Shown here piece by piece: positions 10,889 to 18,218 of a stretch of 32,000 nucleotides of DNA (the stretch's first letter is position 1; each line of letters opens with the position of its first letter). Under the pieces are notes generated by a model, which worked only from the letters and a program-made list of their open reading frames with translations, was not told where the DNA came from and searched no databases. The position numbers and the translations under genes were made by a program. Source of the DNA: Microcystis aeruginosa NIES-843 (GTDB lineage: Bacteria > Cyanobacteriota > Cyanobacteriia > Cyanobacteriales > Microcystaceae); assembly GCF_000010625.1 (NCBI RefSeq), contig NC_010296.1:300001-332000 (forward strand), given 5' to 3'.

Positions 10889-10925
10889 GTAACGCACCGA
10901 TTTAATAATAGAGGTGGTGCGTTAC
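10889..10925. repeat. Hairpin GTAACGCACC-N17-GGTGCGTTAC just upstream of the intact Rpn gene
   Basis: Perfect 10-bp inverted repeat. The left arm recurs with one mismatch at 15214-15223 upstream of the deleted Rpn copy, where homology breaks at the position of the right arm. Confidence 0.55.
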
Positions 10926-10993
10926 GGCGGATTGTTGATGCGTGTTTTTTTGACCGAATTGTTAGCCACCTAACGCACCCTACGCCTACTTAA

Positions 10994-13504
10994 TTAAACA
11001 AAGAAATTACCCACTGGAATGTTCCCTAAAGCTGGCAAAGCACCAGTAAATCCGGTGATATTTATTAATAAATCATTGCTGGATTGGAAGCCAGCCGCGC
11101 TATCATTAATAACGAGGTAAGTTCCAGCTATTGCACCGGTTGTTACCTGCACTAAGGCGGCACTATTAACCCCTAATCCTTGATTACCTGTAGTGGCTCC
11201 ATTGGCATCAGTAAATACCTGATTGATTAAATTCTGTAAAGTGGTGACAGTGCTATTAGCAGCACGACTGAAATTGCTAGGCGCACTCGTGGCAGTTCCA
11301 CCTTGAGTTAATAAGTCGATTTTATCACTATTGATGGCAAAATCTGTGATACGATCCCTTGTTGATATGGTAGATTGACCAAATTGGAAGATAAAAGTAT
11401 CTGCACCTAAACCACCGGTTAAAGTATCAATTCCCGCACGTCCATTGATTTGATTAATGCCACTATTTCCAGTGATTTTATTGTTACCGGCGTTACCTGT
11501 ACCGTTAATATTATTACTGCCAATTAGTCTGAGATTTTCGACATTGTTGGGTAGGGTGCGAGTGAGAGTGCTTTGCCAAGTATCAGTAATGATAACTTCT
11601 CCTATTCCCCCTTCGGGATTGATGGTAGCATTAACGGGATTTGACAGGGTTACTGTAAAAGCTTCATCAGGTTCATTAAGGTTATCATTGAGGATGGGAA
11701 TGCTAATAGTAGCGGTGGCAGTATTAGCAGCAATGGTGATAGTTCCAGTTTTGCTAGTGTAATCTACATTAGCGGTAGCGTTAATGGGTGCAGTGGTATA
11801 GTTGAAGGTAATTGGTTGCGGGTTGGGGTTATCAACTGTGACGGTGAGGATGGCATGATTATCTTTACCTTCCACCACGGTGATGTCATTAATGGAGAGT
11901 TGCGAGGTGACACTGGTATCATCATCGGTAATTGTCCCCGTGGCTGCGTTAGGAGTACCTACTGTATAACCTGTCCCCGAAGCGAGGGTTAAAATAACAG
12001 TTTCGTTACTTTCTACTATTGTGTCAGCAGTGGGGTCAACGATTACGGTAACAGTCGCAGAATTAGCTGCAAAGATGACACCCGTGGGAATAGAAGCGTA
12101 ATCGGTTCCATTGGTTGCTGTCCCTCCAATACTGTAATTAACCGTTAAAGGATTGGTTGTGGAACCACTACGAGTGAAGGTATAAACAAGATTAGCTGTC
12201 CCATCTTCAGTAACACTACTGGGAGAGACAGCAAGAGTAATACTAGGGAAATCTTCCTCAGGAGCAATTGTTACAATTTGATCGGAAAATTGTAGTTTTT
12301 GAATACCGTATAAAGTGTCTATGCCATCCCGATTAGCTACTGAATCAGTTATCGTAAATACTCCTTGATTGCTAGTCCATGAATACTGAGACCGATTGCC
12401 AGTATAGACGGCAGTATCATCTCCTAAACCACCGTAGAGAGTATCACTTCCAGAACCCCCATCTAAACGGTCATCTCCCTGTTCTCCAAACAAAGTATCA
12501 TTACCCTTAAATCCTCTCAATGTATCATTGCCTAAACCACCAAATAGTTGATCATTATAAGTATAAAAGTCATCACCATCAATAGACTGATTGAGGTTAA
12601 TTGTATTAAAGATAAAATCACTTGCCTGTAAGAGAGTCGGATTAATGCCATTGAGTTTTAGCTGAGATTGAACACCGTCAAAAAAAGTAGTGATTAACGC
12701 ATTATTTTTGCCATCATTACTAATTAGTAATTGTAGGGTAGCCCAATCACTCAGGTTCAAGCTACTCACATCAATTTTGTCCTGTCCCTGGACAAAATCC
12801 ATCGCTACATCACTGGTGTTTGTGTTTAGAGGGTAGGCAAAGTTAAAGACATCATTACCTGTCCCACCGTAGAGAGTATTATTCCCAGAACCACCTTCTA
12901 AACGGTCATTTCCGGCTAGACCAGAAAGTGTATCATTGCCTCCCAACCCATAAATGTTATCATCCCCAGAAGTTCCAGTAATATTATCATTCCCATTAGT
13001 CCCCGTAAAATCCGCCTGTTCTACTTGAATAATTTCGCCATTTACTATAATTGTTGTCTGGTCATTCTCTGCTCGTAAAGCCTCCAAGGTTGCCACATCC
13101 AGACTATTTCCCTGCACCAACTCTGCAAAAATTGCCCCCTCATCTCCCGCACTATCCACCTGATTAACTTGAGCATCCACATAATGCCCAATTTCTTCTA
13201 AAATCACATTAATTATCGCTGCTGAAGAAGCTGTATTCAAAAAAGATGCTGATAGATAAATCTTATTCGTACTACTGGAATATGCACCATTCGCCGTCCC
13301 CAAAACTTCACCACTAAGTACCTCAATTGGGGGAAGTTGACTAAAATTTCGGCTTTTCCACTGCTGTCGTAATTCTGTCGCCTTAACCACATCATAACTT
13401 GCTCCAAAAGCGATGGCCAAATTCGCCCAAAAGCCATCAGATTGAGCGAAATTAAACAAAACATCGTCAACAGCAGGAAGAATCGGCAAAAGAGAAGAAG
13501 TCAT
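10994..13504 (-). CDS. Large secreted Ca-binding protein: RTX (GGxGxD) repeats, two Calx-beta-like domains, C-terminal type I secretion target-like domain
   Basis: 836 aa. RTX nonapeptides include GGSGNNTLYGGTGND and GGSGSDTLYGGLGDD. Calx-beta-like stretches include VTEDGTANLVYTFTRSG..NYSIGGTATNGTDY and VVEGKDNHAILTVTV..ANVDYTS. The tail is GGLGADTFIF..RITDFAINSDKIDL.... Confidence 0.85.
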   Translation of the reverse strand: MTSSLLPILPAVDDVLFNFAQSDGFWANLAIAFGASYDVVKATELRQQWKSRNFSQLPPIEVLSGEVLGTANGAYSSSTNKIYLSASFLNTASSAAIINVILEEIGHYVDAQVNQVDSAGDEGAIFAELVQGNSLDVATLEALRAENDQTTIIVNGEIIQVEQADFTGTNGNDNITGTSGDDNIYGLGGNDTLSGLAGNDRLEGGSGNNTLYGGTGNDVFNFAYPLNTNTSDVAMDFVQGQDKIDVSSLNLSDWATLQLLISNDGKNNALITTFFDGVQSQLKLNGINPTLLQASDFIFNTINLNQSIDGDDFYTYNDQLFGGLGNDTLRGFKGNDTLFGEQGDDRLDGGSGSDTLYGGLGDDTAVYTGNRSQYSWTSNQGVFTITDSVANRDGIDTLYGIQKLQFSDQIVTIAPEEDFPSITLAVSPSSVTEDGTANLVYTFTRSGSTTNPLTVNYSIGGTATNGTDYASIPTGVIFAANSATVTVIVDPTADTIVESNETVILTLASGTGYTVGTPNAATGTITDDDTSVTSQLSINDITVVEGKDNHAILTVTVDNPNPQPITFNYTTAPINATANVDYTSKTGTITIAANTATATISIPILNDNLNEPDEAFTVTLSNPVNATINPEGGIGEVIITDTWQSTLTRTLPNNVENLRLIGSNNINGTGNAGNNKITGNSGINQINGRAGIDTLTGGLGADTFIFQFGQSTISTRDRITDFAINSDKIDLLTQGGTATSAPSNFSRAANSTVTTLQNLINQVFTDANGATTGNQGLGVNSAALVQVTTGAIAGTYLVINDSAAGFQSSNDLLINITGFTGALPALGNIPVGNFFV

Positions 13505-13586
13505 GATATTAACTGTAAAGGTTTATTGCTAACATTTTTAGCTCAACAATCCCCAATCTTTCAAGGGGGATATAACAAAAATTTAC

Positions 13587-13619
13587 AGAAAACGGGTTTC
13601 TCAAAGAAACCCGTTTTCT
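13587..13619. repeat. 33-bp palindrome family, copy 2 (loop CAA)
   Basis: Same arms as copy 1. It lies 83 nt upstream of the RTX gene start (13504). Confidence 0.9.
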
Positions 13620-13759
13620 CAGTTATTGCGAAGATGCGATCGCTAACGTCAAAGCGAGGCAGTTATTTGCTTAATTTTAGAGGTTTGCTGGCCAATTAGC
13701 ATTTTTTGTGATAGATTGTAACCATAGTAACTTTTTATACTTAATTGTCAGTAATAATC

Positions 13760-14005
13760 ATGAATGCTACAGCAATACGTCAACAAATAATTGAATCATT
13801 AGCTAATCTTTCTGGCGAACAATTATTGCAAATTAGAGAGTTAATCGAGCAAAATTTTTTGCCTCAAATTAAACCTAAATCAGAAGAAGAAAGACAACAG
13901 TTGATTAAATCATTACAAGGTAAATATGCTCATGCACCCACCAGTAGTGAAGATTTTGCCCAACAAAAACAAGCAGAAATTGATTGGGAGGAGCGTAATA
14001 GATGA
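13760..14005 (+). CDS. Type II antitoxin (VapB-like partner of the following PIN gene)
   Basis: Small ORF. I prefer the ATG at 13760 to the TTG at 13745. Its stop overlaps the start of the PIN gene by 4 nt (ATGA). Confidence 0.7.
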   Translation: MNATAIRQQIIESLANLSGEQLLQIRELIEQNFLPQIKPKSEEERQQLIKSLQGKYAHAPTSSEDFAQQKQAEIDWEERNR

Positions 14006-14406
14006 ATATCATTTTAGATGCTTGTGCTGTAATTGCTTTTGTTCGTAATGAAACAGGAGCGGATCTTGTCAGAGAAACCATCACTAATCAAAATAATAAA
14101 AAAATGATTCATGTTGTTAATCTTTGCGAAGTTTACTATAATTTTTATTGCGACATAGGAGAATCAGAAACAGAAAAACTAATTCAAGAATTAAGTGATA
14201 TTAACATAAAAACTCGCTTTGATTTAAGTAGCAAGTTTTGGCGACAAGTAAGCCAATATAAGGCACTAATTAAGCGCATTTCTTTAGCTGATTGTTTTGC
14301 TTTAACTTTAGCCAATCAAGAAAAAGGAATTTTACTTACTTCTGACCGAAAAGAATTTGAACCGATTATTCCTCTTAATATTTGTCAGATTAATTTTATT
14401 CGTTAA
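14002..14406 (+). CDS. vapC: PIN-domain toxin (VapC family)
   Basis: 134 aa. N-terminal MNIILDACAVIAF carries the conserved Asp, and the downstream acidic residues and size are typical. The gene is translationally coupled to the upstream small ORF. Confidence 0.8.
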   Translation: MNIILDACAVIAFVRNETGADLVRETITNQNNKKMIHVVNLCEVYYNFYCDIGESETEKLIQELSDINIKTRFDLSSKFWRQVSQYKALIKRISLADCFALTLANQEKGILLTSDRKEFEPIIPLNICQINFIR

Positions 14407-14413
14407 TAAGTCC

Positions 14414-14479
14414 AGAAAACGGGTTTCTCGAAGAAACCCGTTTTCTCAGTTGAGAATCTCGGAGAAACCCGTTTTCTAG
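14414..14479. repeat. 33-bp palindrome family, copy 3 (loop CGA) plus an extra right half-copy
   Basis: The full palindrome is at 14414-14446, 8 nt after the vapC stop. An additional GAGAAACCCGTTTTCT lies at 14462-14479. Confidence 0.9.
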
Positions 14480-14680
14480 ATATTAGGATAAGATTATTGG
14501 ATTCTTGCCAAAGACTGCTTAAATTCTGCGAGAGAATTAGCGGTAGCTGCTAATTTTAGTAGCTCTTCTAAGATAGTAGGGTTAGTCATTTTGCCGATTA
14601 TCTCTTCAATTTCTGAAGAAATCTCTCCAAACCGCACAGTTAAAACTGTTTTTATGGCATCGCGGCTTTTTTCTAGCACC

Positions 14681-14765
14681 CCAATTTCCTTACCGCGTTC
14701 GATTCCTCGTAACTCCCCAATTTCCTTACCAATTTCTTTACCGCGTTCGATTCCTCGTAACTCCA
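14681..14765 (-). repeat. GKEI / ELRGIERGKEIG repeat region, third allele
   Basis: Same units as the other two loci but in different numbers: RGIERGKEIGKEIGELRGIERGKEIG. Confidence 0.8.
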
Positions 14766-15036
14766 TATTACTCATTAAAGGCATGGTTCTTTCCTCCTCA
14801 AATTGTTTGATTTTACTCTCTAAACTTGACTGCAATTCAGGGGATAAAGTCATCATATTGTCGATGATTTCAAACAGTTTAATTATCTGTTCCCTCTCGA
14901 ACTCCTTTTCATATAATCCCCTGATTAACTTCCACTTCCACTGTTCCCGTTGTGGCAGCTTCCCAATAGTCGCTTTTGTTTTCAGGTGTGCCATGACTAT
15001 TATAGCAAAGGGATTGCTACTTGTTTCCAATTAGTC

Positions 15037-15071
15037 ACTGATAACTGATAACTGATAACTGATAACTGATT
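15037..15071. repeat. Heptamer array (ACTGATA)x5
   Basis: Tandem 7-mers that replace the nuclease core of the Rpn copy. Confidence 0.85.
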
Positions 15072-15226
15072 AGTTGGTGAACTTCAGGAAAAAAGAAGTA
15101 TAAAAACGCTTCAAAATACTCGCTTAATGCTTCTTTCCAGGGTTCATCATAATTGGCGGTTGTTTGGTTCATTTGAGTTGTTTGCTTACTCGTAGGCTGT
15201 GAAGCGCGATAGCGTAATGCACCGAT

Positions 15227-15529
15227 TTAATAATAGGGGTGAATGGTGGTAATCTGGGGATTTTGTGGTAAAAAAGCGGATATTTGTTCGATTCCGTCTT
15301 GATTGGGAGAGAGAATAACCGTGGCGACTTCTGGAATTACCCCAGCTTGGAGACTTTGATAATCGGTAACACCAGCATCGAGGAAAACTACAGTATTTAA
15401 TTCGGGTGCGGTTAAACCCTGATTTCTCACACTATCCACCTGATTAGCTTGACTCAAGCCATCAGATTGAGCAAAATTGAACAAAACATCGTCAACAGCA
15501 GGAAGGCTCGGCAAAAGAGAAGAAGTGAT
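15227..15529 (-). pseudogene. Remnant of a second secreted-protein gene (shared leader plus DUF4347-like domain), start codon lost and 3' truncated
   Basis: It shares LPAVDDVLFNFAQSDG and the upstream region with the RTX gene at 13504. The position of the ATG reads ATC (15527-15529). VVFLDAGVTDYQSLQAGV...DGIEQI is DUF4347-like. Homology stops at ~15242, where Rpn-upstream sequence begins. Confidence 0.7.
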
Positions 15530-15618
15530 GATATTAACCTCAAGGGATGACTGCGACTATTTTGTGCAAACAATCGCCAATTTTTCAAGACCCCTGTAAC
15601 ATCAATTAACATTTATAC

Positions 15619-15651
15619 AGAAAACGGGTTTCTTCGAGAAACCCGTTTTCT
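15619..15651. repeat. 33-bp palindrome family, copy 4 (loop TCG)
   Basis: Same arms. It sits ~90 nt upstream of the lost start of the RTX-paralogue remnant and 26 nt upstream of the PD-(D/E)XK gene. Confidence 0.9.
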
Positions 15652-15676
15652 CGATAATATTCACGATAACCCTATT

Positions 15677-16441
15677 ATGCCTAAGATCTACCGTCTTGCC
15701 CAAGGTCATTTAAACCTATTGGAAACCTGTCCACCCAGATTTCAAAAAGTCTATCTAGAGGAACTTAACACACCGGCTGACCCTGAACAATTGCAGCGGC
15801 AAGAATGGGGCAGTCAGTTTCACCTATTATTACAGCAGCGGGAATTAGGACTGCCGATCGCATCTTTATTACGGGAAAATGAACAGTTAGAACATTGTTT
15901 AACGGCCCTATTAAAGGCTGCCCCGGCAATTGCCCAAAATCCGGGAGAAACCAATCGAGAAGCGGAACATTGTCGCAGTTTAACTGTGGGTAATTATTTA
16001 TTAACGGTTATCTATGATTTAATTTTATTAGAGAGCGATCGAGCGGTAATTTTTGACTGGAAAACCTACTTAAAACCTATCGATGCTGACCAACTAGCCA
16101 AAAATTGGCAGACGAGACTTTATCTGTATGTGTTGGCAGAAACTTCTGCTTATCCTCTTGATAGTTTATCGATGACCTATTGGTTTGTGCAGTTACCCCG
16201 CAGCCCCGAACAAATTACTTTTAACTATAATCGGAAACTACACCAACAGACAGGGCGAGATTTACGCCGTTTATTGAAGGATCTCGATCGCTATCTATCA
16301 GCATACCAAAATGATTTAGTTGATTTTCCCCATCGTCCCGATTGTCAGCTTCATTGTCCCTATTATCTTAGACAAGAGCGATCGGACCCAATAGACTTAC
16401 CCTCGATCGAGGATATCCCTGAAATCAATCCTTTTGTCTAA
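15677..16441 (+). CDS. PD-(D/E)XK nuclease superfamily protein (conserved cyanobacterial hypothetical)
   Basis: 254 aa. VIYDLILLE...AVIFDWKT fits a D...(D/E)xK core. The C-terminal Cys pair is DCQLHCPYY. Confidence 0.55.
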   Translation: MPKIYRLAQGHLNLLETCPPRFQKVYLEELNTPADPEQLQRQEWGSQFHLLLQQRELGLPIASLLRENEQLEHCLTALLKAAPAIAQNPGETNREAEHCRSLTVGNYLLTVIYDLILLESDRAVIFDWKTYLKPIDADQLAKNWQTRLYLYVLAETSAYPLDSLSMTYWFVQLPRSPEQITFNYNRKLHQQTGRDLRRLLKDLDRYLSAYQNDLVDFPHRPDCQLHCPYYLRQERSDPIDLPSIEDIPEINPFV

Positions 16442-16772
16442 ATCAGTTATCAGTTATCAGTTATCAGTGATCAGTGATCGGATCTAAGTAGCTGGTTATA
16501 ATTAAATTAAAAATGGATTTTGCCTTTAATCCCCCCTTGATAAGGGGGGTATCTGATAATTTTTAACGCCTACCTACTTAAGTTTTAAGTTAGTTAGTTA
16601 GTTAGTTATAGCACTTTTCACGTTACTGAGGTATCGACAAGTTTTGCCAACAAAGGGTTTAATATCCTTGCCCATACCTCATTCTGATGAAAACTGCTAT
16701 ATTTATCTTCATCTTTATCCCTGTTTACTGTTTACTGATAACTGATCACTGATCACTGATCACTGATTACTG
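16442..16772. mobile_element. 331-bp MITE-like element bounded by inverted heptamer arrays, carrying a nested small MITE
   Basis: (ATCAGTT/ATCAGTG)x5 at 16442-16476 and (TTTACTG/ATCACTG)x7 at 16724-16772 are reverse complements of each other. The interior is AT-rich and contains the CTAAGTAG-type repeat at 16484-16582 and a (TAGT)n run. Confidence 0.6.
16484..16582. mobile_element. Small MITE, CTAAGTAG-type ends (copy 1)
   Basis: CTAAGTAGCTGGTTATAATTAAATTAAAAATGGATTTT recurs at 30843. The right end CCTACCTACTTAAG is inverted relative to the left end. The internal hairpin is CCCCCCTTGATAAGGGGGG. Confidence 0.6.
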
Positions 16773-16841
16773 ACAATTCTCCTTCTCCGCCGCGTTAACC
16801 ATAGTCGATAATAATAAAAGACAGATCGATCGCTTGCGCTC

Positions 16842-17531
16842 ATGACCGGCAACCACTACCAAACCTTAGAAATCAGCCATAAATCGACCCCTGACGAGAT
16901 TAAACGGGCCTATCGGCGTTTAGCCAGACAATTCCATCCCGATAGTCAAAACGATAGTGCCAGTCACGATAAAATCGTCGCTATTAACGCCGCCTACGAG
17001 ATTTTAAGCGATCCGAGGCTAAGAAAGGACTATGATAACCAACTAATCGCCAATTTTCCCGAAAAACGCGGCCAACGCACTGCCACTGCCCAAGCAAATT
17101 ACCATCGTTACAAAGAGGCAGTCCAGGAAGACGAGGCCCTGGTGAAACAGTGGTATAACCAGACCTATAGCCCGATTAATCGTCTGATCGGTCAAATTAT
17201 CCGGCCTCTCAAAGGTCAGATCGATCACCTATCCGCCGATCCCTTCGATGATCAGTTAATGGCTGTTTTTCAAGACTATCTAGAAACCTGTCGCCAAAAT
17301 CTCGATCGAGCCAAAACCCTCTTTTGCCAACGGCCCAACCCTGCCAAAATGGCCAAAGTGGCCGCTTCTCTTTACTACTGTCTCAATCATCTCACTGATG
17401 GACTAGAAGAATTAGAAACCTTTACCCTTAACTACGATGATCGCTCTCTCCACACCGGTCAAGAAATGTTTCGCATGGCCCAGCGTTTACAGGTAGAAGC
17501 TAAACAGATAGCCAGTCAGTGCCAAAATTAA
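16842..17531 (+). CDS. J-domain (DnaJ-like) protein
   Basis: 229 aa. The N-terminal J domain is YQTLEISHKSTPDEIKRAYRRLARQFHPD with the HPD tripeptide. There is no Gly/Phe or zinc-finger region. Confidence 0.85.
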   Translation: MTGNHYQTLEISHKSTPDEIKRAYRRLARQFHPDSQNDSASHDKIVAINAAYEILSDPRLRKDYDNQLIANFPEKRGQRTATAQANYHRYKEAVQEDEALVKQWYNQTYSPINRLIGQIIRPLKGQIDHLSADPFDDQLMAVFQDYLETCRQNLDRAKTLFCQRPNPAKMAKVAASLYYCLNHLTDGLEELETFTLNYDDRSLHTGQEMFRMAQRLQVEAKQIASQCQN

Positions 17532-17541
17532 ATCTCTAGCC

Positions 17542-18216
17542 ATGGGCAAAAAAAAAGACGAAAATAGATCAAGACCAGATTTACCCAACCCTAGCTTAAC
17601 CCCGATGAGAGACAAACAATCAGAAATTACCAATATATCCACCCCTAGAGATTCTGATCTTTATTCCTTGCCTCCGGCCGTCCAACGGGCTGCTAATATC
17701 CTTTTACGTCAGGGAAGAATCGGTTTTTGGACGCAGATTGTCCTGGGCGTAATTTCAGGGGTTTTATTACTCATTGCTACCGCTAGTTTATTAGGGACGA
17801 GACAACGCACTTCTGGCATTGAAATCGGTGTTTTATGTGCCATTGGTGGGGCTGGTTTCTTGGTGGTCGCCATTTTCTTTTCCTCTCGTTACATGAAAAT
17901 TGCCCGTCAAATGTTGAGGGGTGATCAAGATAGTCGCCCGAAAAAATCCGATACTATTCAGTTAATCCGTCAGGGTTTAATCGCTAATATTATCGGGATG
18001 TTTTTAACGATTTTGGGAGCGCAAGCGTTAGCGGGAATCGTCTTAATTAAATCCCTCAATGTTCCCCAAGGTACTTTTAATGTTGCCTCTAACCCCAGTC
18101 AATTTGTTAATTCGGTTGATCTGTTAATTGTGCAGGCTAATACTAATACAATTCTCGCTCACTTTACTGGTATCGTTACTTCTTTGTGGCTTCTTAACCG
18201 TATTACTTCTAAATAA
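17542..18216 (+). CDS. Integral membrane protein (DUF3611-like)
   Basis: 224 aa with four hydrophobic helices. It starts 10 nt after the J-domain gene stop. The family call is from memory of cyanobacterial homologues. Confidence 0.5.
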   Translation: MGKKKDENRSRPDLPNPSLTPMRDKQSEITNISTPRDSDLYSLPPAVQRAANILLRQGRIGFWTQIVLGVISGVLLLIATASLLGTRQRTSGIEIGVLCAIGGAGFLVVAIFFSSRYMKIARQMLRGDQDSRPKKSDTIQLIRQGLIANIIGMFLTILGAQALAGIVLIKSLNVPQGTFNVASNPSQFVNSVDLLIVQANTNTILAHFTGIVTSLWLLNRITSK

Positions 18217-18218
18217 AT

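Larger units (their letters stand above)
14494..15172 (-). pseudogene. Rpn-family gene with the nuclease core deleted and replaced by a heptamer array
   Basis: 15172 down to ~15080 matches codons 1-~31 of the intact copy. Next comes (ACTGATA)x5 at 15037-15071. Then 15030-14494 corresponds to residues ~158-end (SSNPFAIIVMAHLK...). Confidence 0.8.

Noticed and set aside
13150-13200. LEEIGHYVD in the RTX protein N-domain as a zinc-metalloprotease HExxH motif.
   Set aside because: The sequence is E-E-I-G-H, not H-E-x-x-H, so there is no support for a zincin active site.
13442-13699. 85-aa plus-strand ORF spanning the RTX gene start and the palindrome.
   Set aside because: It overlaps the RTX 5' end antisense and reads through a repeat element. 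No start context or family signal is present.
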